Positions 53,927 to 61,706 of a DNA stretch of 64,000 nucleotides are shown here, one piece after another; positions within the stretch are counted from its first letter, which is position 1, and each line of letters begins with the position of its first letter. The translations under genes were made by a program, and so were the position numbers. The notes below the pieces were generated by a model, which was not told where the DNA came from, ran no database searches, and saw only the letters and a list, made by a program, of their open reading frames with translations. Source of the DNA: Candidatus Staskawiczbacteria bacterium (GTDB taxonomy: Bacteria > Patescibacteriota > Minisyncoccia > Minisyncoccales > Staskawiczbacteraceae); contig JBAZUH010000001.1 in assembly GCA_041661545.1 (NCBI GenBank), forward strand, positions 672,148 to 736,147, written 5' to 3'.

Positions 53927-54955
53927 ATGAACAAGATTAACTATTCTCAAACATATCAAAAGCTTACTAAAGGCCTTAGCCCAAAAACTAAGGACATTTT
54001 TGATGCTAGATTTGGAGTAAAAACTGGTGAGCCAGAAACTTTAGATTCTATTGGTAAAAAATTAGGCATAACTCGTGAAAGAGTTCGTCAAATAGAAGAG
54101 GTGGGATTTAACTATGTAAGAAAAAACAATCAAGATACATTAAATACTGTTTTTGCCAATTTTTCTGATTATTTTAAACAACACGGAGGATTTAAACACG
54201 AAGATAAAATTTTAGAAGACTTAGGTGGTAAAAATCAAAAACCATATGTTTTATTTTTGTTAACATTAGGTGAGCAGTTCTCAAAAGTTTGCGAGAAAAA
54301 AGATTATAATTATTTTTGGTCTAATATCCCTAATGCTCAAACAAAAGTTAAAGAAACTTTAAGCTCTTTAGTTTCGCAAATGCAGAAAATTGGAAATCCA
54401 ATTCCTGTAAAAAACTTTTATGCAGAAGTTGCCTCAAAGCAAGGACTTTCTCCTGAAGCCACATTATCTTGTCTTGAAATATCAAAAAGAATTCAACCAA
54501 ACAAGGAAGGAGTTTTAGGTTTAACTGAATGGCCAGAAATAAAGCCAAGAGGAGTAAAAGATAAAGCCTTCTTAGTATTTAACAGACATGGAAAACCTTT
54601 GCACTTTACAGAAGTTGCAAAGTTAATAGATAGCTCTGACTATAATATGCCTAATAAAAAAACATATCCACAAACAGTTCATAATGAATTAATAAAAGAT
54701 TCAAGATTCGTATTAGTGGGTCGCGGAACTTATGCATTGTCTGCTTGGGGATATGTTCCAGGAACAATTAAAGATATAATTGTTAAAGTTTTAAAAGATA
54801 AAAATCAGCCAATACATAAAGATGAAGTTGTAAAAGCAGTTTTAGCTCAAAGATTAGTTGCTAAAAATACCGTATTAATGAATTTAAATAATAGAAAACA
54901 TTTTGACAAAGATGCTAGTGATAATTATTTCTTGAAAGGAGTAAAACAAAGTTAA
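53927..54955 (+). CDS. Sigma-70 region-4 HTH protein with C-terminal HARE-HTH-like domain
   Basis: 'ETLDSIGKKLGITRERVRQIEE' (sigma r4) and 'LHFTEVAKLI...TVHNELIKDSRFVLVGRGTYAL' (HARE-HTH pattern). Confidence 0.5.
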   Translation: MNKINYSQTYQKLTKGLSPKTKDIFDARFGVKTGEPETLDSIGKKLGITRERVRQIEEVGFNYVRKNNQDTLNTVFANFSDYFKQHGGFKHEDKILEDLGGKNQKPYVLFLLTLGEQFSKVCEKKDYNYFWSNIPNAQTKVKETLSSLVSQMQKIGNPIPVKNFYAEVASKQGLSPEATLSCLEISKRIQPNKEGVLGLTEWPEIKPRGVKDKAFLVFNRHGKPLHFTEVAKLIDSSDYNMPNKKTYPQTVHNELIKDSRFVLVGRGTYALSAWGYVPGTIKDIIVKVLKDKNQPIHKDEVVKAVLAQRLVAKNTVLMNLNNRKHFDKDASDNYFLKGVKQS

Positions 54956-54964
54956 AATAAAAAA

Positions 54965-54985
54965 ACCGCCGAAAGGCGGTTTTTT
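54965..54985 (+). terminator. Rho-independent terminator
   Basis: accgcc-gaaa-ggcggt followed by T5. Confidence 0.9.
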
Positions 54986-55000
54986 GTTGTTTATTTATAT

Positions 55001-55048
55001 CCCCCCAAATGGTAACATTTTTTGTGTCAAAAAATGTTATTTGGGAGG
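55001..55048. repeat. Imperfect palindrome P3 (CCCCCCAAATGGTAACATTTTTTGTG | TCAAAAAATGTTATTTGGGAGG)
   Basis: The arms are complementary apart from a 3-nt bulge and one mismatch. Same family as P1/P2. Lies at the left edge of the GC-rich islet. Confidence 0.85.
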
Positions 55049-55058
55049 ATGCCTATGC

Positions 55059-55090
55059 AAAAAAAAGCAGTTGATGGTTAGTCAGACTGC
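55059..55090 (-). terminator. Terminator of the minus-strand DHOD-like operon
   Basis: gcagt/actgc stem with an A8 run on + (T8 on the minus strand). Abuts the stop codon. Confidence 0.5.
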
Positions 55091-56085
55091 TAGCTGAAGA
55101 GCCGTTGGGCTTTTCTGATTATCGCTTGCACTCGTCGAGGACGAAGTGTGCCAACACACCCCAGGGACACAGAATCTGCACCTGCGAGGAAGAGAGAGAC
55201 TATTTCGTCAGATGACATAATCCCTCCGCCAGCACATATATGAGTATCAATGTTAGCGAGTTTGGCCTTATTAAGCCATTCTATCACCAGCGGGAGCAAT
55301 GGTTTCCCGGAAAGAGCTCCGCCCCCAAATTCATGCAAGGGCGAAATATCTGTCCCAAAAAGCTCTTGGCGATCTATTCCTACACGAGGTAAATCATCCC
55401 AATGAATCGTGTTAGACAAACATATTGCGCCTAGATGATGGTTGCATCTTCTGCATATCTCCCGGACATCTTTCACCGGAGTCAACACGTTAAATTTCCA
55501 CATCAGTGGAATGCGTAGGCGATGAGCCAACATAACTCCGCGACAGACTTCATCAATATTGGCTAGGTCATCGGGATTTAGTCCAGCGTTTGGGCAAGAA
55601 CAATTCACCTGTAGACCTACGGGCGCCTTAAAAGAGTCCAGGTGATTGCCCAATAGTTGCAGAAATCGTTCTAACTCATTTAACCGTTTGTCGGGCGTAT
55701 TTTCGACCGACATAAATGAGAGGAAAAATGGTTCGGTGCGTTGTTGCCAGATGCCTTTCTCCAGCAGTGCTTCAGCGCCGATGTTTGAAAGGTCAACTGC
55801 ATTGAGCATAATGCCCAATCTGAACATTCTAAGCGATAACTTCCTGTATCCGGAATGGTAGTTTGGCAGGATGCATCGAGGCGAAAGTTCTTTTGGCGTT
55901 ACGCCATCTTCTTTTAAGGGCATGTTCCCTGCGTGAGGAGGCCCCGTTGTAGTTTTTGCTACAAAGGTAGAACCTGTCCAATTGGGCCTAAAAGGCCATA
56001 TTTGATGTTTGAAGTACCCTCCGAAGACTCCTCGAGCACCCGAAGCGCAAAAAGTTGGATTAAAATCTATGCCTTGTATTTTCAT
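55090..56085 (-). CDS. Dihydroorotate-dehydrogenase-family (class 1 DHOD/DHPD-like) FMN TIM-barrel oxidoreductase, GC-rich
   Basis: 'FNPTFCASG', 'FVAKTTTGPPHAGN', 'VNCSCPNAG', 'LSNTI', 'GGGALSGKPL' and 'CAGGGIMSSDEIVSLFLAGADSV' match the DHOD-family signature positions. Confidence 0.7.
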   Translation of the reverse strand: MKIQGIDFNPTFCASGARGVFGGYFKHQIWPFRPNWTGSTFVAKTTTGPPHAGNMPLKEDGVTPKELSPRCILPNYHSGYRKLSLRMFRLGIMLNAVDLSNIGAEALLEKGIWQQRTEPFFLSFMSVENTPDKRLNELERFLQLLGNHLDSFKAPVGLQVNCSCPNAGLNPDDLANIDEVCRGVMLAHRLRIPLMWKFNVLTPVKDVREICRRCNHHLGAICLSNTIHWDDLPRVGIDRQELFGTDISPLHEFGGGALSGKPLLPLVIEWLNKAKLANIDTHICAGGGIMSSDEIVSLFLAGADSVSLGCVGTLRPRRVQAIIRKAQRLFS

Positions 56086-56279
56086 GGCTTCTTATCGGAC
56101 GAAGTTTTAACTGTTGGTTCAAGATTGCGGGGTATACGCCCTGGAAAGCGTTTAGCAAATATGTGGCAACAGTAATGATATATCGTTTTGCATGCCGAAT
56201 GGTGGCAGACCTGGTCAACAGCATTCCCTGGCCCACACTTGTGGATTAATGGGCAGGGACGATCCATTTTCATTTTCAT
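56082..56279 (-). CDS. Cys/His-rich 65-aa mini-ORF translationally coupled (ATGA) to the DHOD-like gene
   Basis: 'MKMKMDRPCPLIHKCGPGNAVDQVCHHSACKTIYHYCCHIF...'. SD-like AAGGAA lies 7 nt upstream. It fills the otherwise unexplained GC-rich 200 nt upstream of the enzyme gene. Confidence 0.35.
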   Translation of the reverse strand: MKMKMDRPCPLIHKCGPGNAVDQVCHHSACKTIYHYCCHIFAKRFPGRIPRNLEPTVKTSSDKKP

Positions 56280-56421
56280 TGGATTGTTCCTTTGGGGTTT
56301 TGAGTAAAAGTCAATGTGCTAGATTTTTATTAACATATAATTGTATTGCTTGCAAACTTTTATTAAGTATTGATTATGATTTTTTACAGATGTATAATTA
56401 TAAAATAGATAAATATATTTT

Positions 56422-56646
56422 ATGGATATTTTTTGGACAGGCATAATTACTTTACTTGTTACAACAGCAGTATTTTATATTGTTTTATTTTCGTTCATAT
56501 ATTATTGGCACTTAAAAAAAATTAGTTTTGTTGCTGTGCCAGCAATTTTTGCTTTTGAATTTTTTATAACAGGATTTTTTATTGTAGTAATAGTTTCATT
56601 TGTTTTGCAGTATTTGCCTTATATATTTAAATTATCTGGTGCATGA
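56422..56646 (+). CDS. 74-aa two/three-TM miniprotein, first gene of the ATPase module
   Basis: Entirely hydrophobic. Its stop overlaps the next start (ATGA at 56643). Confidence 0.5.
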   Translation: MDIFWTGIITLLVTTAVFYIVLFSFIYYWHLKKISFVAVPAIFAFEFFITGFFIVVIVSFVLQYLPYIFKLSGA

Positions 56647-58031
56647 GCGTAAAATTACCTTCATATTTATTTTGGTGGGAATGGGTTAAAAAAATTATCT
56701 GGGATCCATTTTGGTGGGTAATTTTATTTATAATTATTTTGTGGGTTCCATTTTTAAGAGTATGGTGGTGGGTATTTTTACCTTGGATGCTTCAAGCTCA
56801 GTTGAAGATAGTTTATATTTGGTATCTTAATTGGGACTATGATTATCAAAAACAAAAATGGATTTTATTAGAAATTACTCCACTTGAATCAATGCTTATG
56901 CCACTTAAAGCCATGGAAGATGTATTTGCTGCAATTTGGCCGTTAATGGATGTGGCTAACTTTAGAGAAAAATGGTGCGATGGAGAATTAGCATGGGGGC
57001 CTTATTGGTGCTCTTGGGAATTAGCTAGCGTTGAAGGGCAAATTCATTTTTATGTAAGAGCTTTGTCTCAACATAGACATAGCATAGAATCTTCATTGTG
57101 GGGCCATTATCCCGATATAGAAATTAAAGAAGTGGCTGACTATGTTAAATTAGTTCCACCAACAGTTCCAAATGAAGAGTGGGATATGTATGGTGAAGAT
57201 TGGGACTTTAGAAGAGAGCCTCAATATCCTATTAAAACATATCCAAGTTTTTTTGAACCCCAAGGCGAAAGAATTTCTGCAGAAGAAAAAAGAATTGATC
57301 CCATTATCTCTTTGTTAGAAGCTATGTCTAAACTAGGGCCAGGAGAGCATTACTGGGTGCAATTTACCACAGTTCCAGTTGGTGAAAAAGATGAACCGAA
57401 TTGGCAAAAAGAGGGCCAGAAAATAGTAAATAAAATAGCAAAGCGCCCAGAGAAAAAAGAAATTACTTTTTTCCAAATGTTATCTCACACATTTGGTGAG
57501 CTTATTTCTGGCCCCGTTAAAGATGGTGAAAAATATAGTTGGGTACCTTTAGAAATTGATGAAGAAACTGATGAGCTAAGAACATCACTCACTCCCGGAG
57601 AAAGAGAGGTTATAACAGAAGTTGAGAACAAACTGAAAAAGCCAATTTTTAGAACTAATATAAGAGGAGTTTATGTTGCTAAACGAGAGGCATGGAAAGC
57701 TTCGCATAGAGTTATTACTCGTACATATATGGGTCATTTTAGTCATGTTCATATGAATAGCTTTGGATTTCAGAGCAAAACAAGGCCAAGGGTTCACTTT
57801 TTTATGAGAAAGAGAAGAGTTTTTATGAGAGCTAGAAAAATGTTTAGAATGGCAGTTTTAAGATTTCCACCTATGTATCCCGATAGGCAACAATTATGTC
57901 CAATTTTAAGTACCGAAGAAATGGCAACATTGTGGCACTTCCCATTAAGAGTTTCTGGAGGTAGCTTGGCTATGCCTAAAATTGAATCCAAAAAAGCTGG
58001 TCCACCGCCTAATTTGCCAATTGAGGAATAA
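56643..58031 (+). CDS. 462-aa membrane protein of unknown family (Trp-rich double TM + large soluble domain)
   Basis: 'FWWEWVKKIIWDPFWWVILFIIILWVPFLRVWWWVFLPW'. The soluble part ends in 'LSTEEMATLWHFPL'. No family recognised. Confidence 0.6.
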   Translation: MSVKLPSYLFWWEWVKKIIWDPFWWVILFIIILWVPFLRVWWWVFLPWMLQAQLKIVYIWYLNWDYDYQKQKWILLEITPLESMLMPLKAMEDVFAAIWPLMDVANFREKWCDGELAWGPYWCSWELASVEGQIHFYVRALSQHRHSIESSLWGHYPDIEIKEVADYVKLVPPTVPNEEWDMYGEDWDFRREPQYPIKTYPSFFEPQGERISAEEKRIDPIISLLEAMSKLGPGEHYWVQFTTVPVGEKDEPNWQKEGQKIVNKIAKRPEKKEITFFQMLSHTFGELISGPVKDGEKYSWVPLEIDEETDELRTSLTPGEREVITEVENKLKKPIFRTNIRGVYVAKREAWKASHRVITRTYMGHFSHVHMNSFGFQSKTRPRVHFFMRKRRVFMRARKMFRMAVLRFPPMYPDRQQLCPILSTEEMATLWHFPLRVSGGSLAMPKIESKKAGPPPNLPIEE

Positions 58032-58048
58032 TATAATCTACGAATTTT

Positions 58049-60025
58049 ATGTCAAAAGATTTAACTTATATTGCTAAAACAAATTTTCGCGATAAAGAGC
58101 AAATATTCGGAATTAAAAGGCCCGATAGACGTCAGCATATGTATGTAATTGGAAAAACTGGAGCCGGAAAAACAGCTTTTTTAAAAAATATGGCCTTGCA
58201 AGATATTGAAAATGGGCAAGGGCTTGCTATTATTGATCCTCACGGAGAATTTGTTGAAGAAGTTTTAGATAATATTCCTGCTCATAGAATGAATGATGTG
58301 GTTTATTTTAATCCTGCTGATATGGAGCATCCTATTAGTTTTAATATTATGGATGTTCAAGATCCAAAATACAAACACTTAATTGCTTCGGGATTAATTG
58401 GTATTTTTACTAAAATTTGGGCAAACGTATGGTCAGCTAGAATGGAATATATTTTAGCTAATTGTATTTTGGCTTTGTTAGATACTCCTGGCACTACTCT
58501 TTTAGGCATACCAAGAATGTTAGTTGATAGAGATTACAGGCAAAAAATTATTAATAATCTTAAAGATCCAGTAGTAAAATCATTTTGGGTTAATGAATAT
58601 GAAGAGTGGGAGCCTAGATACAGAAATGAAGCCATAGCTCCAGTTCAAAATAAAGTAGGGCAATTTTTAAATGTTTCTTTTGTAAGAAATATTGTTGGTC
58701 AAGCAAGAAGCACCATTAATGTTGAAGATATAATGAATAACCAGAAAATTTTGCTGGTCAATGTTTCTAAGGGAAGAATTGGAGAAGATAACTCGTCTAT
58801 TTTAGGAGCTATGCTTATTACTAAAATACAGTTGTCTGCTATGGAGCGCGTTAGAATTCCCGAAGACGAAAGAAAAGATTTTTATTTATATGTTGACGAG
58901 TTCCAAAATTTTGCCACAGACTCTTTTGTTAATATTTTATCAGAGGCTCGTAAATATAGATTAGATTTAACTATTGCTCACCAATACATTGGACAGCTAA
59001 CTACCGATACAAGCACCGCTGTAAGGGATGCTGTTTTTGGTAACGTAGGCACAATGATTTCATTTCGTGTGGGTGCAGCTGACGCAGAATTTTTGGAACA
59101 AGAATTTACTCCAGAATTTTTGCAGAATGATTTAATTCGTTTGCCTAATTACAATATTTATTTAAAACTTATGATAGACGGCATTGCTTCTAGGCCTTTT
59201 TCTGCTAAAACTATTGCGCCTCCTCCCCTTGCAAAAGATGACAAAAAAAGAGAAGAAATAATTAAAATTTCTAGATCAAAATATGCCCATACTGTAAAAG
59301 AAGTTGAAGAAGAAATTAATCGTTGGGCTGGTAGTATAGATGTGCCTGTTAATAATAATGGTTCTTCTGATATTTCTAATCCTCAACGTTCTCAAGATTT
59401 TCCTAAACGGCAAAACCAATCAAATGCTCCTCGTTCACCTGACCAGCCAAAGTTATATGATGTTAAGTGTTCAAGCTGTGGAAAAGACACAAAAGTTATT
59501 TTTCCTCCAGAGCCAGGAAGAGCTGTTTATTGTAAAAATTGTTTAAAAAAGTTAAAGGAACAGCAAGGACAATCTCAGCAAGCAGGGTCAAGTCAGTCAA
59601 AATCAAATTCTCCTGCAAGAGAATCAGTTAAAACTCCGCAGGCTAATTCAAGCAGAAAATCTTCGAGTAACTCAGTTTTGGCGGGCATGGGCATAGAATT
59701 TGCCCCGTCACCCGATGTAGCACCAAGTCGCCAGGTTAGTAGACCTAGCTCTATGACTGGGCGAGCGTCGCCTCACTCCGAAAAAAAATCAGCTCCTGGG
59801 CAATCTTTAGATAATATAATAAAAACAGCAGAGCGAGTTTCTTTTAGTTCAAATAGAAATAAAGAAAATAAAAAGCCACGCAAGGAAGTAGATTTGGGCG
59901 ATTTAAAAAAGGCATTAGAGGAATCTTTATCAAAAACAGATTATAAACCTAAGGATTCTCAAGACGAATTAAAGCAAAGATTAGAGGAAGAAAAATTTGA
60001 GGATAAAGTATCAGAGGAAAAATAA
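58049..60025 (+). CDS. TraD/VirD4/TraG-like (FtsK-HerA superfamily) P-loop ATPase with low-complexity tail carrying a CxxC-x17-CxxC zinc ribbon
   Basis: Walker A 'VIGKTGAGKTAF', Walker B 'FYLYVDEFQNF', 'LTIAHQYIGQL'. Tail 'CSSCGKDTKVIFPPEPGRAVYCKNC' at 59468..59542. Confidence 0.7.
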   Translation: MSKDLTYIAKTNFRDKEQIFGIKRPDRRQHMYVIGKTGAGKTAFLKNMALQDIENGQGLAIIDPHGEFVEEVLDNIPAHRMNDVVYFNPADMEHPISFNIMDVQDPKYKHLIASGLIGIFTKIWANVWSARMEYILANCILALLDTPGTTLLGIPRMLVDRDYRQKIINNLKDPVVKSFWVNEYEEWEPRYRNEAIAPVQNKVGQFLNVSFVRNIVGQARSTINVEDIMNNQKILLVNVSKGRIGEDNSSILGAMLITKIQLSAMERVRIPEDERKDFYLYVDEFQNFATDSFVNILSEARKYRLDLTIAHQYIGQLTTDTSTAVRDAVFGNVGTMISFRVGAADAEFLEQEFTPEFLQNDLIRLPNYNIYLKLMIDGIASRPFSAKTIAPPPLAKDDKKREEIIKISRSKYAHTVKEVEEEINRWAGSIDVPVNNNGSSDISNPQRSQDFPKRQNQSNAPRSPDQPKLYDVKCSSCGKDTKVIFPPEPGRAVYCKNCLKKLKEQQGQSQQAGSSQSKSNSPARESVKTPQANSSRKSSSNSVLAGMGIEFAPSPDVAPSRQVSRPSSMTGRASPHSEKKSAPGQSLDNIIKTAERVSFSSNRNKENKKPRKEVDLGDLKKALEESLSKTDYKPKDSQDELKQRLEEEKFEDKVSEEK

Positions 60026-60032
60026 ATAAAAG

Positions 60033-60059
60033 AACCGCTTTAAATCAGAGCGGTTTTTT
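60033..60059 (+). terminator. Rho-independent terminator after the ATPase gene
   Basis: accgct...agcggt stem followed by T6. Confidence 0.8.
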
Positions 60060-60088
60060 AGTATAATCAAACTGAAGTAGTTTTAGTT

Positions 60089-60108
60089 AGGTTGCCCATG
60101 GGCAACCT
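60089..60108. promoter_or_regulatory. 20-bp perfect palindrome (AGGTTGCCCA|TGGGCAACCT) overlapping the -35 region of paralogue 1
   Basis: Read directly from the sequence. TATAAT sits at 60113..60118, only 4 nt before the ATG at 60123. Confidence 0.6.
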
Positions 60109-60122
60109 GAAATATAATAGAC

Positions 60123-61706
60123 ATGGAATATAAATCTGAAAATAAGGTTTGTCAGAACTGCAAAAAAGACTTTGTTGTAGAGCCTGATGATTTTGCGTTC
60201 TATGAAAAAATGAAAGTGCCCGCACCAACATGGTGCCCAGAATGTCGCATAGTCAGAAGGTTTATGTGGCGCAACGAGCAGAATCTTTTTAGAAGGAAGT
60301 GTCAGACACCGGGGCATAATGAATACCTAATTACAATATTTCATCCAGATGCACCGGTAATAGTTTATGATCAAGAATATTGGTGGTCGGACAAATGGGA
60401 TGTAATGAGCTATGGACGTGATTATGATTTTTCAAAACCATTTTTTGAACAATTTGATGAATTACTCCATTTGGTTCCGCTTCCTCATGTTGCTAATACC
60501 AATTCACCAGATTGTGAATATTGTCATTCACTTCTTAGCTGTAAAGATTGCTATATGACTTTTGTGTCAGATTTTGATGAAAATGTTATGTATACTTCTC
60601 AATCCAATAATATTAAAGATTCTATGGACTGTTTTTGGCTTAGTAACTCTAGCGAAAAATGCTATGAGTTAGTAGACAGTCAAAAATGTTATAATGTTAA
60701 GTTTAGTCGGTTTGCAATTGAATGTAGAGATTCCTCGTATTTATATGATTGCAGAGATTGTTCAAATTGTTTTGCTTGTGTAGGCTTGCGAAGTAAAAAA
60801 TATTATATTTTTAATCAACCATATTCTAAAGAAGAATATTTTAATAAAGTAAAAAATATTTCTGCAGAAGAAGCAATAGAATTTATAAATTCAAAACCAC
60901 GTTCATTTTGCACGTTTAAAAATGCCGTAAATTGTTCTGGAGAAAATATCAACCATTCTAGAAATTGTAAAAATTGTTTTGGAATTAACGAGGGCGAAAA
61001 TTTAAGGTGGGTTCAAGACTCTGTTAAAATAAAAGATGCTTATGATTGTTTTGGTAGTGGATATGGAGATTTAATAAACGATTCTATGAGCATTTTAGGT
61101 TCGCGTATATCTTACAGCAAGCGCGTTTGGTATTCTAATGATGTCCAATATTCTTATTATTGTTACAACTCGTCTGACTTATTTGGGTGTATAGGCCTTA
61201 GAAAAAAGAAGCATTGTATTTTTAATAAACAATATTCAAAGGATGAATATATAAAATTACGAGAAAAAATTATAGAGCATATGAAAAAAACAGAAGAATA
61301 TGGACAATTTTTCCCCTTAGAGCTGTCTCCTTTTGCATACAATGAAACACTTGCTCAAGATTATTTTCCTTTAACTGAAAAAGAAGCAAAAGAAAAAGGA
61401 TATTTATGGAGAGAAAAAATAAAAACAGAATATAATGGTAGCGAAGATAGTGTATTTAAATGCAAAAAGTGTGATAGTTATTTTAAAATTATTGAACGCG
61501 AGCAACAATTTTATGATAAGATGAGTTTGCAAAAACCAGAATATTGTTTTTCCTGCCGTCATAATAAAAGATTATCTTCGAGAACGCCATTTAAATTATG
61601 GAATCGTCAGTGTACAAAATGTAAAAAAGAAATTGAAACCTCTTATGCACCAGATAGGCCAGAAATAGTTTATTGTGAGCAATGTTATAATCAAGAAGTT
61701 GCATAA
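60123..61706 (+). CDS. Cys-rich multi-zinc-ribbon / Cys-ladder repeat protein, paralogue 1
   Basis: N-terminal 'CQNCKKDFVVEPDDFAFYEKMKVPAPTWCPECR'. Two central repeat blocks each end in 'C.GLR.KKY.IFN..YSKEEY'. C-terminal double ribbon '..CKKCDSYFKI...FYDKM..CFSCRH.. CTKCKKEIETSYAPDRPEIVYCEQCY'. Confidence 0.7.
   Translation: MEYKSENKVCQNCKKDFVVEPDDFAFYEKMKVPAPTWCPECRIVRRFMWRNEQNLFRRKCQTPGHNEYLITIFHPDAPVIVYDQEYWWSDKWDVMSYGRDYDFSKPFFEQFDELLHLVPLPHVANTNSPDCEYCHSLLSCKDCYMTFVSDFDENVMYTSQSNNIKDSMDCFWLSNSSEKCYELVDSQKCYNVKFSRFAIECRDSSYLYDCRDCSNCFACVGLRSKKYYIFNQPYSKEEYFNKVKNISAEEAIEFINSKPRSFCTFKNAVNCSGENINHSRNCKNCFGINEGENLRWVQDSVKIKDAYDCFGSGYGDLINDSMSILGSRISYSKRVWYSNDVQYSYYCYNSSDLFGCIGLRKKKHCIFNKQYSKDEYIKLREKIIEHMKKTEEYGQFFPLELSPFAYNETLAQDYFPLTEKEAKEKGYLWREKIKTEYNGSEDSVFKCKKCDSYFKIIEREQQFYDKMSLQKPEYCFSCRHNKRLSSRTPFKLWNRQCTKCKKEIETSYAPDRPEIVYCEQCYNQEVA

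Noticed and set aside
55646-56446. Plus-strand ORFs in the GC-rich islet (55646..55861, 55933..56175, 56192..56446)
   Set aside because: They are antisense to the DHOD-like gene and its upstream mini-ORF. Higher G+C lowers stop-codon frequency, and none has a motif or an SD.
60087-60317. 76-aa minus-strand ORF overlapping the start of paralogue 1
   Set aside because: It is antisense to a gene with strong internal paralogue support and includes the palindrome.
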